Of a stretch of 53,860 nt of DNA, positions 25,739 to 35,887 are shown piece by piece. The notes under the pieces were generated by a model. It did not search any database. It was not told the DNA's origin and was given only the letters and a program-made list of their open reading frames with translations. The position numbers and the translations under genes are program-made. Position 1 is the stretch's first letter. The number at the start of each line of letters is the position of its first letter. Source of the DNA: Candidatus Sumerlaeota bacterium (GTDB lineage: Bacteria; Sumerlaeota; Sumerlaeia; JADFCW01); assembly GCA_017161705.1 (NCBI GenBank), contig JADFCW010000004.1, forward strand, positions 1-53,860. Direction: 5' to 3'.

Positions 25739-26914
25739 TCAGTCTGTTCCGCGGAGCAGGCGGCGCTGGAAGTCGGCTGTGGGGGGGAGATAGCTGCGCG
25801 GGTCTACGAGAACTTCGCGGCCGGCGCGTGATTGGCGCATTTCAAACCGCAGACCGGGACGGTCTTTGTCTTCGATGAATCCCGACCGGCCGATCACCTC
25901 GCCGCGCGCCACCGAGGTGTTGGCGGTGACGCGAACCTCGCTAAGAAATCCGTAGAGAGTTAGAATGCCGTCGGCATGTTCGAGGATCACCAGATTGCCA
26001 TAGCCCATGAAGCGGCCCGCATGGAGCACCTTGCCGGCTTCGAGGGCGTGGATGTCGGTGCCTTCGGCGACCAACAGATCGAGGCCCGTTCCCTCGCGAA
26101 GTCCCTGCGGCGTGGGCGCGCGGGACTGCGGTGCCGGAGTGGACAACTTGGGCTTGGGCGTCGGGGTGCGGGCGACCGTAGGTTTGGCTGACGTGGAGCG
26201 CGATTTCGCGGCTGCTTCGATGGCGGCGATCTCCGATTCGGTGGACTTGCGGAGCTTTTCCAAAAGGATCAGACGCGACTGTGCCGTTTTCCGCTCGCTG
26301 CGGACCTTGTCGAGGTCTTTTTCCAATTGCTGGATTTCCGCGTTCATTTTTTCGATCGTGGATTTCGAGACGCCGCCCGCCTTGCGGATCTCTTGCAACG
26401 CCATGGTCGCCAGCATTTGCGATGCGCGAATGCGGCGGATGGCTTCGTCCAAAGCCGCTGCTTCGCTGGTTTGCGACTCCACACAGAGCAGGGCCTGATG
26501 GAGAGCAAAAGATTCGGCCGGCGGGTTGCGGCGCAGCCGCGTCTGGCAGAGAAGGTTTTGCGTTGCGACAAATGCGTGGAGGGCGGGCAGCCGGGCTTCG
26601 AGTTCGCCGCGGCGGGCCTGTTGCGATTCGAGGGCGGCCGATGTGGCGGCGATTTGCGCGGCAAGCGTATCATATCCGCCGAGCGCCTCGTCGGGAGCCT
26701 GGCGCGGCTGGGCGAGGATTTTTTTGCGGGCGGCAATGCCTTCCTGCAGGTCCTTTTCCCGCTCGTTGAGCGACGAGAGTTGTTTCTGTATGGCGGCGAT
26801 CTGACCTTTCACGTCAGCGAGGCGGTCGCGGCGTTTCTGCAGCTCTGAAGAAGGAGACGATGCCGTCCCTCCTGCCCCAGTCCCTAAAAGAACGGCGAGC
26901 AGCGGAAACGCCAT
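25739..26914 (-). CDS. EnvC-like murein hydrolase activator (coiled coil plus degenerate LytM/M23 domain)
   Basis: I place the start at ATG 26914 (MAFPLLAVLLGTGAGG, signal-like). The track ORF begins at a TTG at 27022 that overlaps the upstream gene. A long coiled coil is followed by a C-terminal LytM fold (GYGNLVILEHADGILTLYG...). The usual HxH is replaced (GLRFEMR), as expected for a non-catalytic EnvC-type activator. Confidence 0.7.
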   Translation of the reverse strand: MAFPLLAVLLGTGAGGTASSPSSELQKRRDRLADVKGQIAAIQKQLSSLNEREKDLQEGIAARKKILAQPRQAPDEALGGYDTLAAQIAATSAALESQQARRGELEARLPALHAFVATQNLLCQTRLRRNPPAESFALHQALLCVESQTSEAAALDEAIRRIRASQMLATMALQEIRKAGGVSKSTIEKMNAEIQQLEKDLDKVRSERKTAQSRLILLEKLRKSTESEIAAIEAAAKSRSTSAKPTVARTPTPKPKLSTPAPQSRAPTPQGLREGTGLDLLVAEGTDIHALEAGKVLHAGRFMGYGNLVILEHADGILTLYGFLSEVRVTANTSVARGEVIGRSGFIEDKDRPGLRFEMRQSRAGREVLVDPRSYLPPTADFQRRLLRGTD

Positions 26915-27002
26915 CGTGGCGCACACCTGCGTCCGCCGATTCGTGCGTCTGTTCTCGCTCGATCTCACGCCGCACACCTCAGCTCTCCCGCACGCGGCAG
27001 GC

Positions 27003-27836
27003 CTATGCCAGATACCATCCAAGCGCTGCCCCTATCCAATACGGGCCGAAACTTCCCAGAACGGTGGCACACGCGGCGACGGCATGGTGGGCCGCTGTCA
27101 GCGCCGGCGCCGCCGGCATCGGCCACAAACTCCAGATGAGACACAAACATCCCCATGCGGCCAGTGCCGCAGCGACGCTCTCGGCGAAGGCCCGCCAGCC
27201 GGCAGGCGCAAGGTTTTCCGCAAGGCGCGGCTGGACGGCGACTTCCGAGCCGATTACTTGAACCGGCGCAGACCCGCCGCGAGGCCGTTGCCATGTGGTT
27301 CGCACGCCGGCAACAAAAGCGCCAAGACCTGCCGCGGCCAGATAGGCGAGAAGCAAACGGCAGAGCGATTGATACAGGTTCATGGCGCGCTCGATGCTGC
27401 TCTTGTCGTAAAATAGCTGTGCTAGACCGGCATGGCTCCGGAGAGTCTCGATGGTTTCAGCAAAGGCTCGGGGCGAGCGAATAGGACGGCGCAACTGGAT
27501 TTCCACCACAGGGGCAAGGAAGGTTGTTGCTGCGGCGACAGGAGCCGTCGTCCCAACCGCATCCATCGCATCGGCCAGCCGCCGAGCCAGCTCGCTGGAT
27601 TCTACCCAGCGGGCCTGTTGGACACCAGGATTGCCCGTCAGCGATTCAGTCAGGGCGGCAGGGTTGGGTGGAACAGACGGTTGAGGCACGGCGAGGACGA
27701 CCATCTCGGATTCAACCGAAGCGGCCCATTGGAAAACGGAGAGCCGGGCATAAAAACCGGCACCGAAAGCCAGTGCCGCACAGAACAGAACGGAAGCCGA
27801 TCGGTTTTTTCGAGCCTCGACAAGCGCGGAGAACAT
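27003..27836 (-). CDS. FtsX-like cell-division permease (divergent)
   Basis: 277 aa. The topology is one TM, a ~110-aa extracytoplasmic loop, then three TMs. It sits immediately upstream of the EnvC-like gene. Sequence similarity to FtsX is weak by eye. Confidence 0.5.
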   Translation of the reverse strand: MFSALVEARKNRSASVLFCAALAFGAGFYARLSVFQWAASVESEMVVLAVPQPSVPPNPAALTESLTGNPGVQQARWVESSELARRLADAMDAVGTTAPVAAATTFLAPVVEIQLRRPIRSPRAFAETIETLRSHAGLAQLFYDKSSIERAMNLYQSLCRLLLAYLAAAGLGAFVAGVRTTWQRPRGGSAPVQVIGSEVAVQPRLAENLAPAGWRAFAESVAAALAAWGCLCLIWSLWPMPAAPALTAAHHAVAACATVLGSFGPYWIGAALGWYLA

Positions 27837-28322
27837 TATAAGTCCTTACAATTCAGAAATCAAAAATACAAGCATCCAACACATAGTAAAGAATCTTAGG
27901 TCATGAAAGTAAAGAAAAAACTGAAAATTCCTATTGAATGTGGAAAACTAAGGCGCTACATATTGTATAGAGTTCCGGCAAAAAAGCAATATACAGTATC
28001 TGTCGGTTGCTCCATTGCCGGAACAGATAATATCGGCTGTTTTCAATATAGGGCAAAATGAATTCTTGCGCACTCGTTGGCCTCGCACTCCGCATGAGGG
28101 GACATTGATCTGTTTTGACTAGCGGACAAGACCGGCACAGGGTTCTGCCGGCAATACAGTTTAGACCCGCGGAGGAGGTCGTTCGGTTTGGCGGCTCCTT
28201 TTTCCAAAACCAGGCAAATTCTGCGGAATCAGGTGCTGTTCGAGGGCCGTCGGCGTATCCAGCCATTCGCCGGTTATCCCAGCGGCGTTCGTTGAATTCG
28301 TAGCGAAAGCAGGAGAGGCAGC

Positions 28323-31300
28323 ATGTTCTTCAAACGACTCGAAATGGTGGGTTTCAAATCGTTCGCCACCAAGACAGTGTTGGAGTTTTTGCCGGGGATC
28401 ACAGTGATCGTGGGTCCCAATGGTTGCGGCAAGAGCAACGTTTTCGACGCCGTGCGATGGGCGCTGGGCGAACAGCGGGCGCGGTCGCTTCGCGGCCAAC
28501 GCATGGGCGACGTGATTTTCTCGGGCAGCGCATCGGTCAAAGCCCAATCCATGGCTTCGGTCACGCTGGTGATCAACAATGAGGATCGGCGGCTGCCGAT
28601 TGACTTTACGGAAATCCAGGTGGCCCGGAAACTCTACAAAGTCGGCCCCGAGGAATACGAAAGCGAATACTATCTCAATCGAACCCCGTGCCGGCTGCGC
28701 GAAATCACCGACTTGTTCATGGACACGGGAGTCGGAACGGATTCCTACTCGATCATGGAGCAGGGGCAGGTGGACTTTATCATCAACGCGCGGCCTACCG
28801 AACGGCGGTTCCTGTTCGATGAAGCGGTAGGGATTTCCAAATACCGCACGCGGCGCGACGAGGCGCTCCGAAAACTCGAACGCGCCGAGGCCGATCTGGT
28901 GCGGCTGAACGACATTCTCTCGGAGCTGAAAACGCGTCTGCGTTCCTTGAAGATCCAGGCCAATCGCGCCGAGCGCTACAAACAACTGGTTGCCGAAGTC
29001 CGCCAACTCGAACGCAATTTGCTGCTGCTCAGCTATCGCGAATTGCTGGCCGAAAAACAGCGCGTGGACAACCAGTTCGATTCCCTCAACGCTGTCGTGC
29101 AAGGCCTGGTCGCCCAGATTGCCCAACTGGAACAGGCCCTACTGGACAAACAGGTCGAGATGGACACTCTCGATCACGACATCCAGTCGGTGCGGTCGCG
29201 CCGGTCGGAAACGGCGGCCGAACTGGAGCGGGTGCAAAGCCAGCGGGCGGTTTTGCGCGAGCGGATCGAAACAACGGAGGCGCAGATGCGGCGCGACGAA
29301 GCCCAGATCGCCTCGCTGCGCCAGAGCCGCGAGGAATTGATGGAGCGCCGCGCCCGTCTGGCCGGCCAAATCGCCGAGGTCGCCGGGGAACTGAGCCAAC
29401 TGGACGCGGAATACCAGACGCGCCGCGCGCAATTTGAGGAACTTCTCAAGACGCAGTCCGACGCACGCGAACGCCTCGCCGAATTGCGCGAGCAAACGCG
29501 ACGCGCCGTCGAAGAAAAAACCCGCCATGAAAATGAACGCCGGATCGCCGGCCTGATGAAGCAACAAGCCATCGAAAACCTCGCCCAAGCCCAGTCGCAG
29601 CTCGAACAGCTTGCCGCCCGGCGCCTCGCTCTCGACGAGCGCCTGGCCACACTCCAAACCAACAGCGCCGCTTTAGCGGAACGAATTGCGCACCTGCAGG
29701 GTGAAATCGAGCGCCTGGATGCGGTGCGCCGGGAATACGCGGAGCACCTGCGCGCACTCGAACAGGAAAAAACGGCGACGGCCCGCGCCCGCAGCGACGC
29801 CGACTCGCGCCGCCAGGCCCTTCGCTCCCTGCAGGACAACTACGAAGGCTACCTGCGCGGGGTGCGCGAACTCATGAACGCCGCCGGACGCGGCGAGCTC
29901 CCCGGCGTTGCCGGCATCCTCGCCAACTGCATCGAATCGCGCCCCGAAGACGACCTCGCCATCGAAACCGCGCTGGCCGGCCACTTGCAGGACATCCTGG
30001 TCGAAACCGAAGTTGCCGCGCTAGCGGGGATCGAGCTGTTGCGGCAAGGCCAGCTGGGCCGGGCCACATTTCTCCCTCTCGACCGCATCGCTCCGCCGCC
30101 GCGCGATCCCCTGTTGACGGCTCTTGCGACCCGCGATGGCGTGGTGGGAATCGCAGCCGATCTGGTCCGGTGCGAGCCGCGTCTGCGCGCGGCGGTCGAA
30201 GCGGTCCTGGGGCACACCGTTATTGTCGAAAGTCTCGAAACGGCCCGCGTGCACCGCGACGAGGGCTACGCAGTTCGTTTCGTCGCGCGCGACGGTGCGG
30301 TGCTGGCGGCCGACGGCTCGATCAGCGGCGGCGATGTTCGCGCGACAGGGCTTCTCGGACGCGAGCGCGAAATCCGCGAACTGGGCGAACAGATCGCCCT
30401 CTGCGACGAGCGTCTGCAACGGATCGAATCGCAGATTGATGAACAGACCTCGGCTCTCGAAGCCGCCGCCGCCGAGCGCGAGTCGGTTCAAGGCCGTCTG
30501 GCTCAAGCGCGCACAGAGCGGGCAGCCATGGAGCACGACCTTGAGCGCGCCGCCGAGGATCGCGCCGAGGCTCTGCGCGCGTTGGAAGCGGCCCAGCGCG
30601 CAATCGAACGGCTTCAGCAGAAGATCGCCGAATATGAGCGCGTCGTCGAGGAGCATCAGCGGGCGCTGGACGCAAGCGATGCCCGCAATGTCGAACTCGA
30701 ATCGCAGCTGGCGCAAAGCGAGCGGGCCCGCGAAAGCCACGACCGCCAGGTCGCGCTCGTGCAGGAATCGCTGGCGCAGATGATGGCGCAGGTTTCCGCG
30801 ACGCGCGAGCGCCACGAAGCCGCACGGCAGCGTCTGGCGGAGTTGGACAACGAAATCCGGCGCAGCGACGAGCAAATCCTTCAGCACCAGCGGCATCTGG
30901 AATCGCTGGCGCAAACGCTCGACCACGCCGTCGCCGAGCTGGAGGGCAGCCGGCAGCGCCACGAAGAATTGACCGCTGCCCTGGCGGAGCTCGACCGGCA
31001 GATCGCCGGCCAGTCGAGCGCGCGCGAAGCGGCCCACGACGCCCTGCAACAGTTGCAACACCAGGTCCACGCCGTGCAGCGCCAATACAACGAGCAACAA
31101 AACGAGCTGCACGAAATAGACCGGCGCCGGGCGCAGTGCGAGGTGCAAATTCAGAATCTCACCGAGCAGGCGCAGGAGAAATTTCACACCCCGCTCGCAC
31201 GGCTGGCCGAGGAGAGCGACGCCGTGGACATGCCCCGCGAGCAAATCGTTGCCGAGATTGCCGCCCTGCGCGGCCGGATCGAGTCTATGGGCGAGGTCAA

Positions 31301-31907
31301 CGTGATCGCCATCGAAGAACACCGTCAGCTGTCGGAGCGTTTTGAGTTTCTCGAACGCCAGCGGCTCGACCTCGAAGAGGCGCGCACATCGCTCCGCAAG
31401 ACCATCCAGACCATAGACGAGACCAGCACCGAGATGTTCAACAAGGGCATGGCCAGTATTCGCGAGAAGTTCCACGAAACGTTTCGGCGGCTGTTTGGCG
31501 GCGGACGGGCCGACTTGATCCTGACGGATCCGGACGATCTGCTGAATTCCGGCATCGAGATCGTGGCCCAACCGCCCGGCAAGCAGCCCCAAAGCATTAC
31601 GCTGCTTTCGGGCGGCGAGAAGGCCATGACCGCCATCGCTTTGCTGTTCGGCATCTTTCTCCATCGGCCCAGCCCGTTCTGCGTGCTCGACGAAATTGAT
31701 GCCCCGCTGGACGATGCGAATATCGAGCGGTTCAAGAACATGGTCTCGGAATTCAGCAAGAACGTTCAGTTCATCATCATCACCCACAACAAGCAAACCA
31801 TGGCGCTGGCCGATACCCTGTATGGCGTGACGATGGAAGAGCCCGGTGTTTCGCGCATCGTGTCGGTGCGGTTTGATCAGCTCGAACAGTCGGCCTTTGC
31901 AGGATGA
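28323..31907 (+). CDS. smc: Chromosome segregation protein SMC
   Basis: 1194 aa. Walker A GPNGCGKSN, long coiled coils with a central hinge, signature LSGGEKA, Walker B FCVLDEIDAPLDD. Confidence 0.95.
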   Translation: MFFKRLEMVGFKSFATKTVLEFLPGITVIVGPNGCGKSNVFDAVRWALGEQRARSLRGQRMGDVIFSGSASVKAQSMASVTLVINNEDRRLPIDFTEIQVARKLYKVGPEEYESEYYLNRTPCRLREITDLFMDTGVGTDSYSIMEQGQVDFIINARPTERRFLFDEAVGISKYRTRRDEALRKLERAEADLVRLNDILSELKTRLRSLKIQANRAERYKQLVAEVRQLERNLLLLSYRELLAEKQRVDNQFDSLNAVVQGLVAQIAQLEQALLDKQVEMDTLDHDIQSVRSRRSETAAELERVQSQRAVLRERIETTEAQMRRDEAQIASLRQSREELMERRARLAGQIAEVAGELSQLDAEYQTRRAQFEELLKTQSDARERLAELREQTRRAVEEKTRHENERRIAGLMKQQAIENLAQAQSQLEQLAARRLALDERLATLQTNSAALAERIAHLQGEIERLDAVRREYAEHLRALEQEKTATARARSDADSRRQALRSLQDNYEGYLRGVRELMNAAGRGELPGVAGILANCIESRPEDDLAIETALAGHLQDILVETEVAALAGIELLRQGQLGRATFLPLDRIAPPPRDPLLTALATRDGVVGIAADLVRCEPRLRAAVEAVLGHTVIVESLETARVHRDEGYAVRFVARDGAVLAADGSISGGDVRATGLLGREREIRELGEQIALCDERLQRIESQIDEQTSALEAAAAERESVQGRLAQARTERAAMEHDLERAAEDRAEALRALEAAQRAIERLQQKIAEYERVVEEHQRALDASDARNVELESQLAQSERARESHDRQVALVQESLAQMMAQVSATRERHEAARQRLAELDNEIRRSDEQILQHQRHLESLAQTLDHAVAELEGSRQRHEELTAALAELDRQIAGQSSAREAAHDALQQLQHQVHAVQRQYNEQQNELHEIDRRRAQCEVQIQNLTEQAQEKFHTPLARLAEESDAVDMPREQIVAEIAALRGRIESMGEVNVIAIEEHRQLSERFEFLERQRLDLEEARTSLRKTIQTIDETSTEMFNKGMASIREKFHETFRRLFGGGRADLILTDPDDLLNSGIEIVAQPPGKQPQSITLLSGGEKAMTAIALLFGIFLHRPSPFCVLDEIDAPLDDANIERFKNMVSEFSKNVQFIIITHNKQTMALADTLYGVTMEEPGVSRIVSVRFDQLEQSAFAG

Positions 31908-32069
31908 TCGAACGCGGCCGGAAAGATGCTGCTGGAACGCAAAAGTGTTTGACAAACGCGCCAGTTGATGCCTCTCCTCATATCCTGATTTCTGGTGGAT
32001 AAAGCGGGAGTTCATTCCGACCGTTGATGCCGGTTCTCGTGGGTAGATCGCAGAAAGGAGCAAACGAAC

Positions 32070-32816
32070 ATGGGCAAAGGGATGAGAACATTTTTATATT
32101 GGGCATGGGTTGGCGGGATCACGGCGGCCCTGATTGGCTGCGGGCCGGATGTCCGCAAGGATCCGTTTATCGCCGACAAGTTCACCCAGATTGATAATGC
32201 TCTGGCCAAAACCAAAGACCTCCCGGCGCGAATGCAGGAACTCAACGATGAACTGACATCCTTGAAAAGCAGTATGAAATCTCTGCGGGCCGACGCGCTG
32301 GCGGCCTCGACTCCGATTGCTCTGGCCAATCGCGTCAACCAGATTGATCAACGCGTAAGCGCGATCGAGGGACGTTTGGCCGCGCTGGAAGGTGCCATCA
32401 AGGCTCTGGGCAAAGGGGCGGCGGCGCCGCCGCCGCCTGCGGCTCCAACAAAGGTCGCAGCGTCGCCGGCTGCTCCTGCGCCGGCTCCTCCGGCAAAAAC
32501 GGCAGCCCCTGTGCCTGCGCCCAAATCCGCTCCCATCGCCTTGAAAACCGGTGTAACCGGTGCTCCGACCACTCCCGTCAAGACGGCGGCAAAAGCGCCG
32601 TCATCCGCCGCCAAGGCCGCCGGGACCGGACAGGCGGGTCAGCCCAGCACGCCTAAAACCACCGCCGGCTATTACACGGTTGCTGAAGGCGATACTTTGC
32701 AAAGCATCGCCCGCAAACGGGGCGTGACCGTCGAGGCAATTTTGCGCGCGAATACGTTCCTGCGCAGCGACACAACCTTAGTGCCGGGCGAGAAACTGTG
32801 GATTCCGGCCAAATAA
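32070..32816 (+). CDS. LysM-domain lipoprotein with coiled-coil and Ala/Pro-rich linker
   Basis: Signal peptide with lipobox (AALIGC). AAAGGAG SD. C-terminal LysM domain (YYTVAEGDTLQSIARKRGVTVEAILRAN...LVPGEKLWIP). Confidence 0.8.
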   Translation: MGKGMRTFLYWAWVGGITAALIGCGPDVRKDPFIADKFTQIDNALAKTKDLPARMQELNDELTSLKSSMKSLRADALAASTPIALANRVNQIDQRVSAIEGRLAALEGAIKALGKGAAAPPPPAAPTKVAASPAAPAPAPPAKTAAPVPAPKSAPIALKTGVTGAPTTPVKTAAKAPSSAAKAAGTGQAGQPSTPKTTAGYYTVAEGDTLQSIARKRGVTVEAILRANTFLRSDTTLVPGEKLWIPAK

Positions 32817-32961
32817 GGCCGCCGGAAGTTCGAGGAAGGCAGTTCAGCGGGTCGCCTCGCGAGCCAAAAACCGCGGGGCGATCTTTGTTTGCGGCGCGCG
32901 TCGTTTTCTGAGCGGGTGAATTGCAACTTCTGCAGCACTCCAGGGCAACGAGGCGGGACGA

Positions 32962-33645
32962 ATGCCCGAGCGAATTGTCAAACTTCGGGTAATGCGCAAA
33001 CGCGGCTGTCAGCGCGTGCGCGTGGAGTTGGGCAGCGGCGACTCGATCGAGGTGGCTCCGGAAATCGCCGTCGGCTGGCAGTTGAAATCCGGCGATGAAC
33101 TGCGTGAGCAGACAGTCCAAGCCCTGCTGGCCGAGGACGAGGCTCTTCGGGCCCGCCAGCGTCTGGCGCGGTATCTGGCGCTGCGCATCAAGTCGGTCGC
33201 TGATGCGCGGCTGCATCTGGAAAAAGCCCGGTTCAGCGAGAGCGCAATAAACTCGGCTCTAGCCGACGCCCTCGCGCATGGGCTGCTCGACGACCGACGG
33301 TTCGCTGTCCGGTATGTGCGCACGAAGCGGAAAATCGGCGGGGTCGGCCCCTTACGACTGGTCCACGAGCTGACTGCGCAAGGCATCGCGCCGTCGCTGG
33401 CCGAAGAGATTGTGCAGCAGGAGTTGGATTTGGATCAGCAGCGGCGCGCTGCCGACGCGCTGGCGCGGAAACTGGCGCGAAAAACTGCCGGTGCCGGCGA
33501 GGCCGAGGATATTGTTCGGCGGATTTGCGATTCGCTTCGCCGCCGGGGATTCGAGGACGACATCGCCTATGCCGCGGCAGAGTGCGCTGTGAAAAACCGC
33601 CCGATTGATCCGATGCATCCGCCGCCCGCCGCCCAGGATGTGTGA
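32962..33645 (+). CDS. recX: Recombination regulator RecX
   Basis: 227 aa. Shows the three-repeat helical RecX pattern (ARQRLARYLALRIKSVADARLHLEKARFSE...LLDDRRFAVRYVRTK...). Confidence 0.8.
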   Translation: MPERIVKLRVMRKRGCQRVRVELGSGDSIEVAPEIAVGWQLKSGDELREQTVQALLAEDEALRARQRLARYLALRIKSVADARLHLEKARFSESAINSALADALAHGLLDDRRFAVRYVRTKRKIGGVGPLRLVHELTAQGIAPSLAEEIVQQELDLDQQRRAADALARKLARKTAGAGEAEDIVRRICDSLRRRGFEDDIAYAAAECAVKNRPIDPMHPPPAAQDV

Positions 33646-33690
33646 ATGTATCGAATGGAAGAGCGGGAGAAACGCACGCGAATTGGAGGG

Positions 33691-33732
33691 AGGGCAAACT
33701 GCTCAGGGTCTTGGGCTTGCCCTAAGTTTTTT
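33691..33732 (+). terminator. Candidate terminator after recX
   Basis: AGGGCAA-(19-nt loop)-TTGCCCT followed by aagTTTTTT. The long loop lowers confidence. Confidence 0.35.
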
Positions 33733-33826
33733 CGTTCAAAGATCTAGCCAGCGTGGATGTATCTTTTGGGATTTAGCTGTCTTGCGAAGATCTTTTTGGT
33801 TGTGTAAGTCGAGGCCACAGGTTCTA

Positions 33827-34924
33827 CTAGGCTTTTGCCACGGTTTCGAGGACGCGGACAATGCGCTCGGCGGCTCGGCCGTCCCAGTATTTGGGAATCT
33901 TGCCGGATTTCCATTTGCCGGCGAGAATGCGCTCGACGCCGGCCAGGATTTTCGCCCGGTCGCGCCCCACCAGCTCGCTCGTGCCCTCGGCCACGGTAAC
34001 CGGGCGCTCGGTGTTTTCGCGAAGCGTCAGACAGGGCACCCGCAGGACGGTGGTTTCTTCCTGAATGCCGCCGCTGTCGGTCAGAACCAGCCGCGCATCC
34101 ATCATCAGTTTCAGGAAGTCCAGATAGCCCAGCGGTTCGATCAAGAGAATGTTCGGATGGCAAGCGGCGCGACGAAGAGCGGGCGAGGATTCGATGCGCG
34201 TGCGCGTGCGCGGATGGATGGGAAAAACCACGGGCAGGCGCGAGGCCGCTTCGCGCAGCGTGCCGAGAAAATGGCGCAAGTCGGCAGGGCGGTCCACGTT
34301 GCTGGGGCGGTGAAGCGTCAGCAGGGCGTAGCCGCGCGGCGACAGCCCGAGCCGTCCGACCACGTCCGACTTTTCAGCGAGGGGGCGGACCCGTTTCAGC
34401 GAGTCTATCATCACATTGCCCACGAAGTGAATTTTCCGCCGGTCAATGCCTTCCGCGACGAGATTGTCAATCGCGTCGTTGCAGGTCACGAACAGAATAT
34501 CGCTGATCTGATCGGTCAGCAGGCGGTTGATTTCTTCGGGCATGGTGCGGTCGCGGCTGCGCAGGCCGGCCTCGACATGGATGACCCGGACGCCCATCTT
34601 GACGGCTACCAGCGCGCACGCGATCGTCGAGTTGACATCGCCGACCACCAGGACGGCGTCGGGCCGTAAGCGCTCGACAACCGGCTCAAAGCGCGCCATG
34701 ATGGCGGCGGTTTGCTGGGCATGGGAGCCGCTGCCGACCTCGAGGTTGACGTCGGGCCGCGGCAGACCCATCTCTTCGAAAAACAACTTCGACATATTGT
34801 GGTCGTAGTGCTGGCCCGTGTGGACGAGCCACGAGCGCAAGCGCCGCGATTTTCTCATCGCTGCGACAATGGGGGCAATCTTGACAAAATTCGGCCGCGC
34901 ACCGACGACGTTAAGGATTTTCAT
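33827..34924 (-). CDS. wecB: UDP-N-acetylglucosamine 2-epimerase (non-hydrolysing, WecB/MnaA type)
   Basis: MKILNVVGARPNFVKIAPI...HTGQHYD...GSGSHAQQTA...VVGDVNST...HVEAGLRS. I use the ATG at 34924; the track ORF starts two codons earlier at a GTG. Confidence 0.9.
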   Translation of the reverse strand: MKILNVVGARPNFVKIAPIVAAMRKSRRLRSWLVHTGQHYDHNMSKLFFEEMGLPRPDVNLEVGSGSHAQQTAAIMARFEPVVERLRPDAVLVVGDVNSTIACALVAVKMGVRVIHVEAGLRSRDRTMPEEINRLLTDQISDILFVTCNDAIDNLVAEGIDRRKIHFVGNVMIDSLKRVRPLAEKSDVVGRLGLSPRGYALLTLHRPSNVDRPADLRHFLGTLREAASRLPVVFPIHPRTRTRIESSPALRRAACHPNILLIEPLGYLDFLKLMMDARLVLTDSGGIQEETTVLRVPCLTLRENTERPVTVAEGTSELVGRDRAKILAGVERILAGKWKSGKIPKYWDGRAAERIVRVLETVAKA

Positions 34925-34945
34925 GATCACTGTCCATATACCCGA

Positions 34946-35887
34946 TCACAGATGGCGATCCAGAGCCGCAAAATAGGATTGTACAAAACAGTATTCCAGC
35001 ACGCGCTCATACCATCGTTGCGGCAAACCAATGCCCGCCAGATCAGCTGCTACGATCAATCTTGTCAATAGCGTATTTTGTGCACGCCGACTGCGCCCCA
35101 GCCGCGCCCGATGCGCCTCGGAGGGGATCAGACCTTCGTCGGCGCGCAGCTCCGGATACTTCTGCGCAAACCGCACCATGCTCTCGCCCAGCCGCTCCAT
35201 CCGCCTCACAAACTCCCCGAAACGGATAATGTGGTCGTGCCAAGCTAGCGCCAGCCGATGAAACACAATCCGCATCCCGCGTTTCTCCAGCCGGTAACCC
35301 AAGTCGGCATCTTCGAGCACGGCGTAAGGATAGTCCTCGTCAAACCGCTCGAGGTCCAGCCAGTGGCGCGCCAGCGAAATGTTCGAGGTGTAAAAGAACT
35401 GATAGCCGCAATTGCGGGGATCACGAATTGTGGCGTAGCGGAACTGCGGGCCGCGGTCGGGCGCCAGATAGCGCATGAAGGGCGTGACGGGCAGGTCGGG
35501 CGCCCAGTCGGTGAAACCCAGAACCGCGCAATCCTGGCACCCTCTGGCCGCAGCCAGATGCTCGGCCAGGAGCGTCCGCGAAGCGACGATGTCGTCGCCG
35601 AGAAAGAGGATGCGTGTGCCTCGCGCCGCCTCGATGCCGCGATTGCGCGCTGCCGCCGGACCTCGTTTTGGCTCGAGGAGCACTGTCGTGCGAAACGGCG
35701 TCATTGCCGCCGCGCGCTGGACATCCGCCAACTCCGACGGACTGCTTCCGTTGTCCACAATCACCACTTCGAACCGTTCCGGTGCGAGCGTCTGCTGCTT
35801 TAGCGCCAACAGGCAGCACGCCAGCTGTTCCGCCCGGTTCAGCGTCGGAATGATCACCGTCAACTCGCGATCCCCAGCCGCGCTCAT
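34946..35887 (-). CDS. Family 2 glycosyltransferase
   Basis: I place the start at ATG 35887 (MSAAGDRELTVIIPTLNR...VVIVDNGS...LFLGDDIV), forming an ATGA overlap with the stop of the upstream radical SAM gene. The long N-terminal extension in the track ORF overlaps that gene. Confidence 0.85.
   Translation of the reverse strand: MSAAGDRELTVIIPTLNRAEQLACCLLALKQQTLAPERFEVVIVDNGSSPSELADVQRAAAMTPFRTTVLLEPKRGPAAARNRGIEAARGTRILFLGDDIVASRTLLAEHLAAARGCQDCAVLGFTDWAPDLPVTPFMRYLAPDRGPQFRYATIRDPRNCGYQFFYTSNISLARHWLDLERFDEDYPYAVLEDADLGYRLEKRGMRIVFHRLALAWHDHIIRFGEFVRRMERLGESMVRFAQKYPELRADEGLIPSEAHRARLGRSRRAQNTLLTRLIVAADLAGIGLPQRWYERVLEYCFVQSYFAALDRHL

Noticed and set aside
27837-28110. AT-rich island as a replication origin
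   Set aside because: I found only one near-match to a DnaA box (TGTGGAAAA versus TGTGGATAA) and no cluster. There is no dnaA or dnaN nearby. Divergent promoter DNA explains it better.
27931-28266. 111-aa minus-strand ORF in the AT-rich island, and the 75-aa ORF at 24325..24552
   Set aside because: Composition and codon pattern are unlike the surrounding genes. They have no SD and sit in promoter-like AT-rich spacers.
30021-32063. 680-aa minus-strand ORF (also 28161..29126)
   Set aside because: Antisense shadow of smc.
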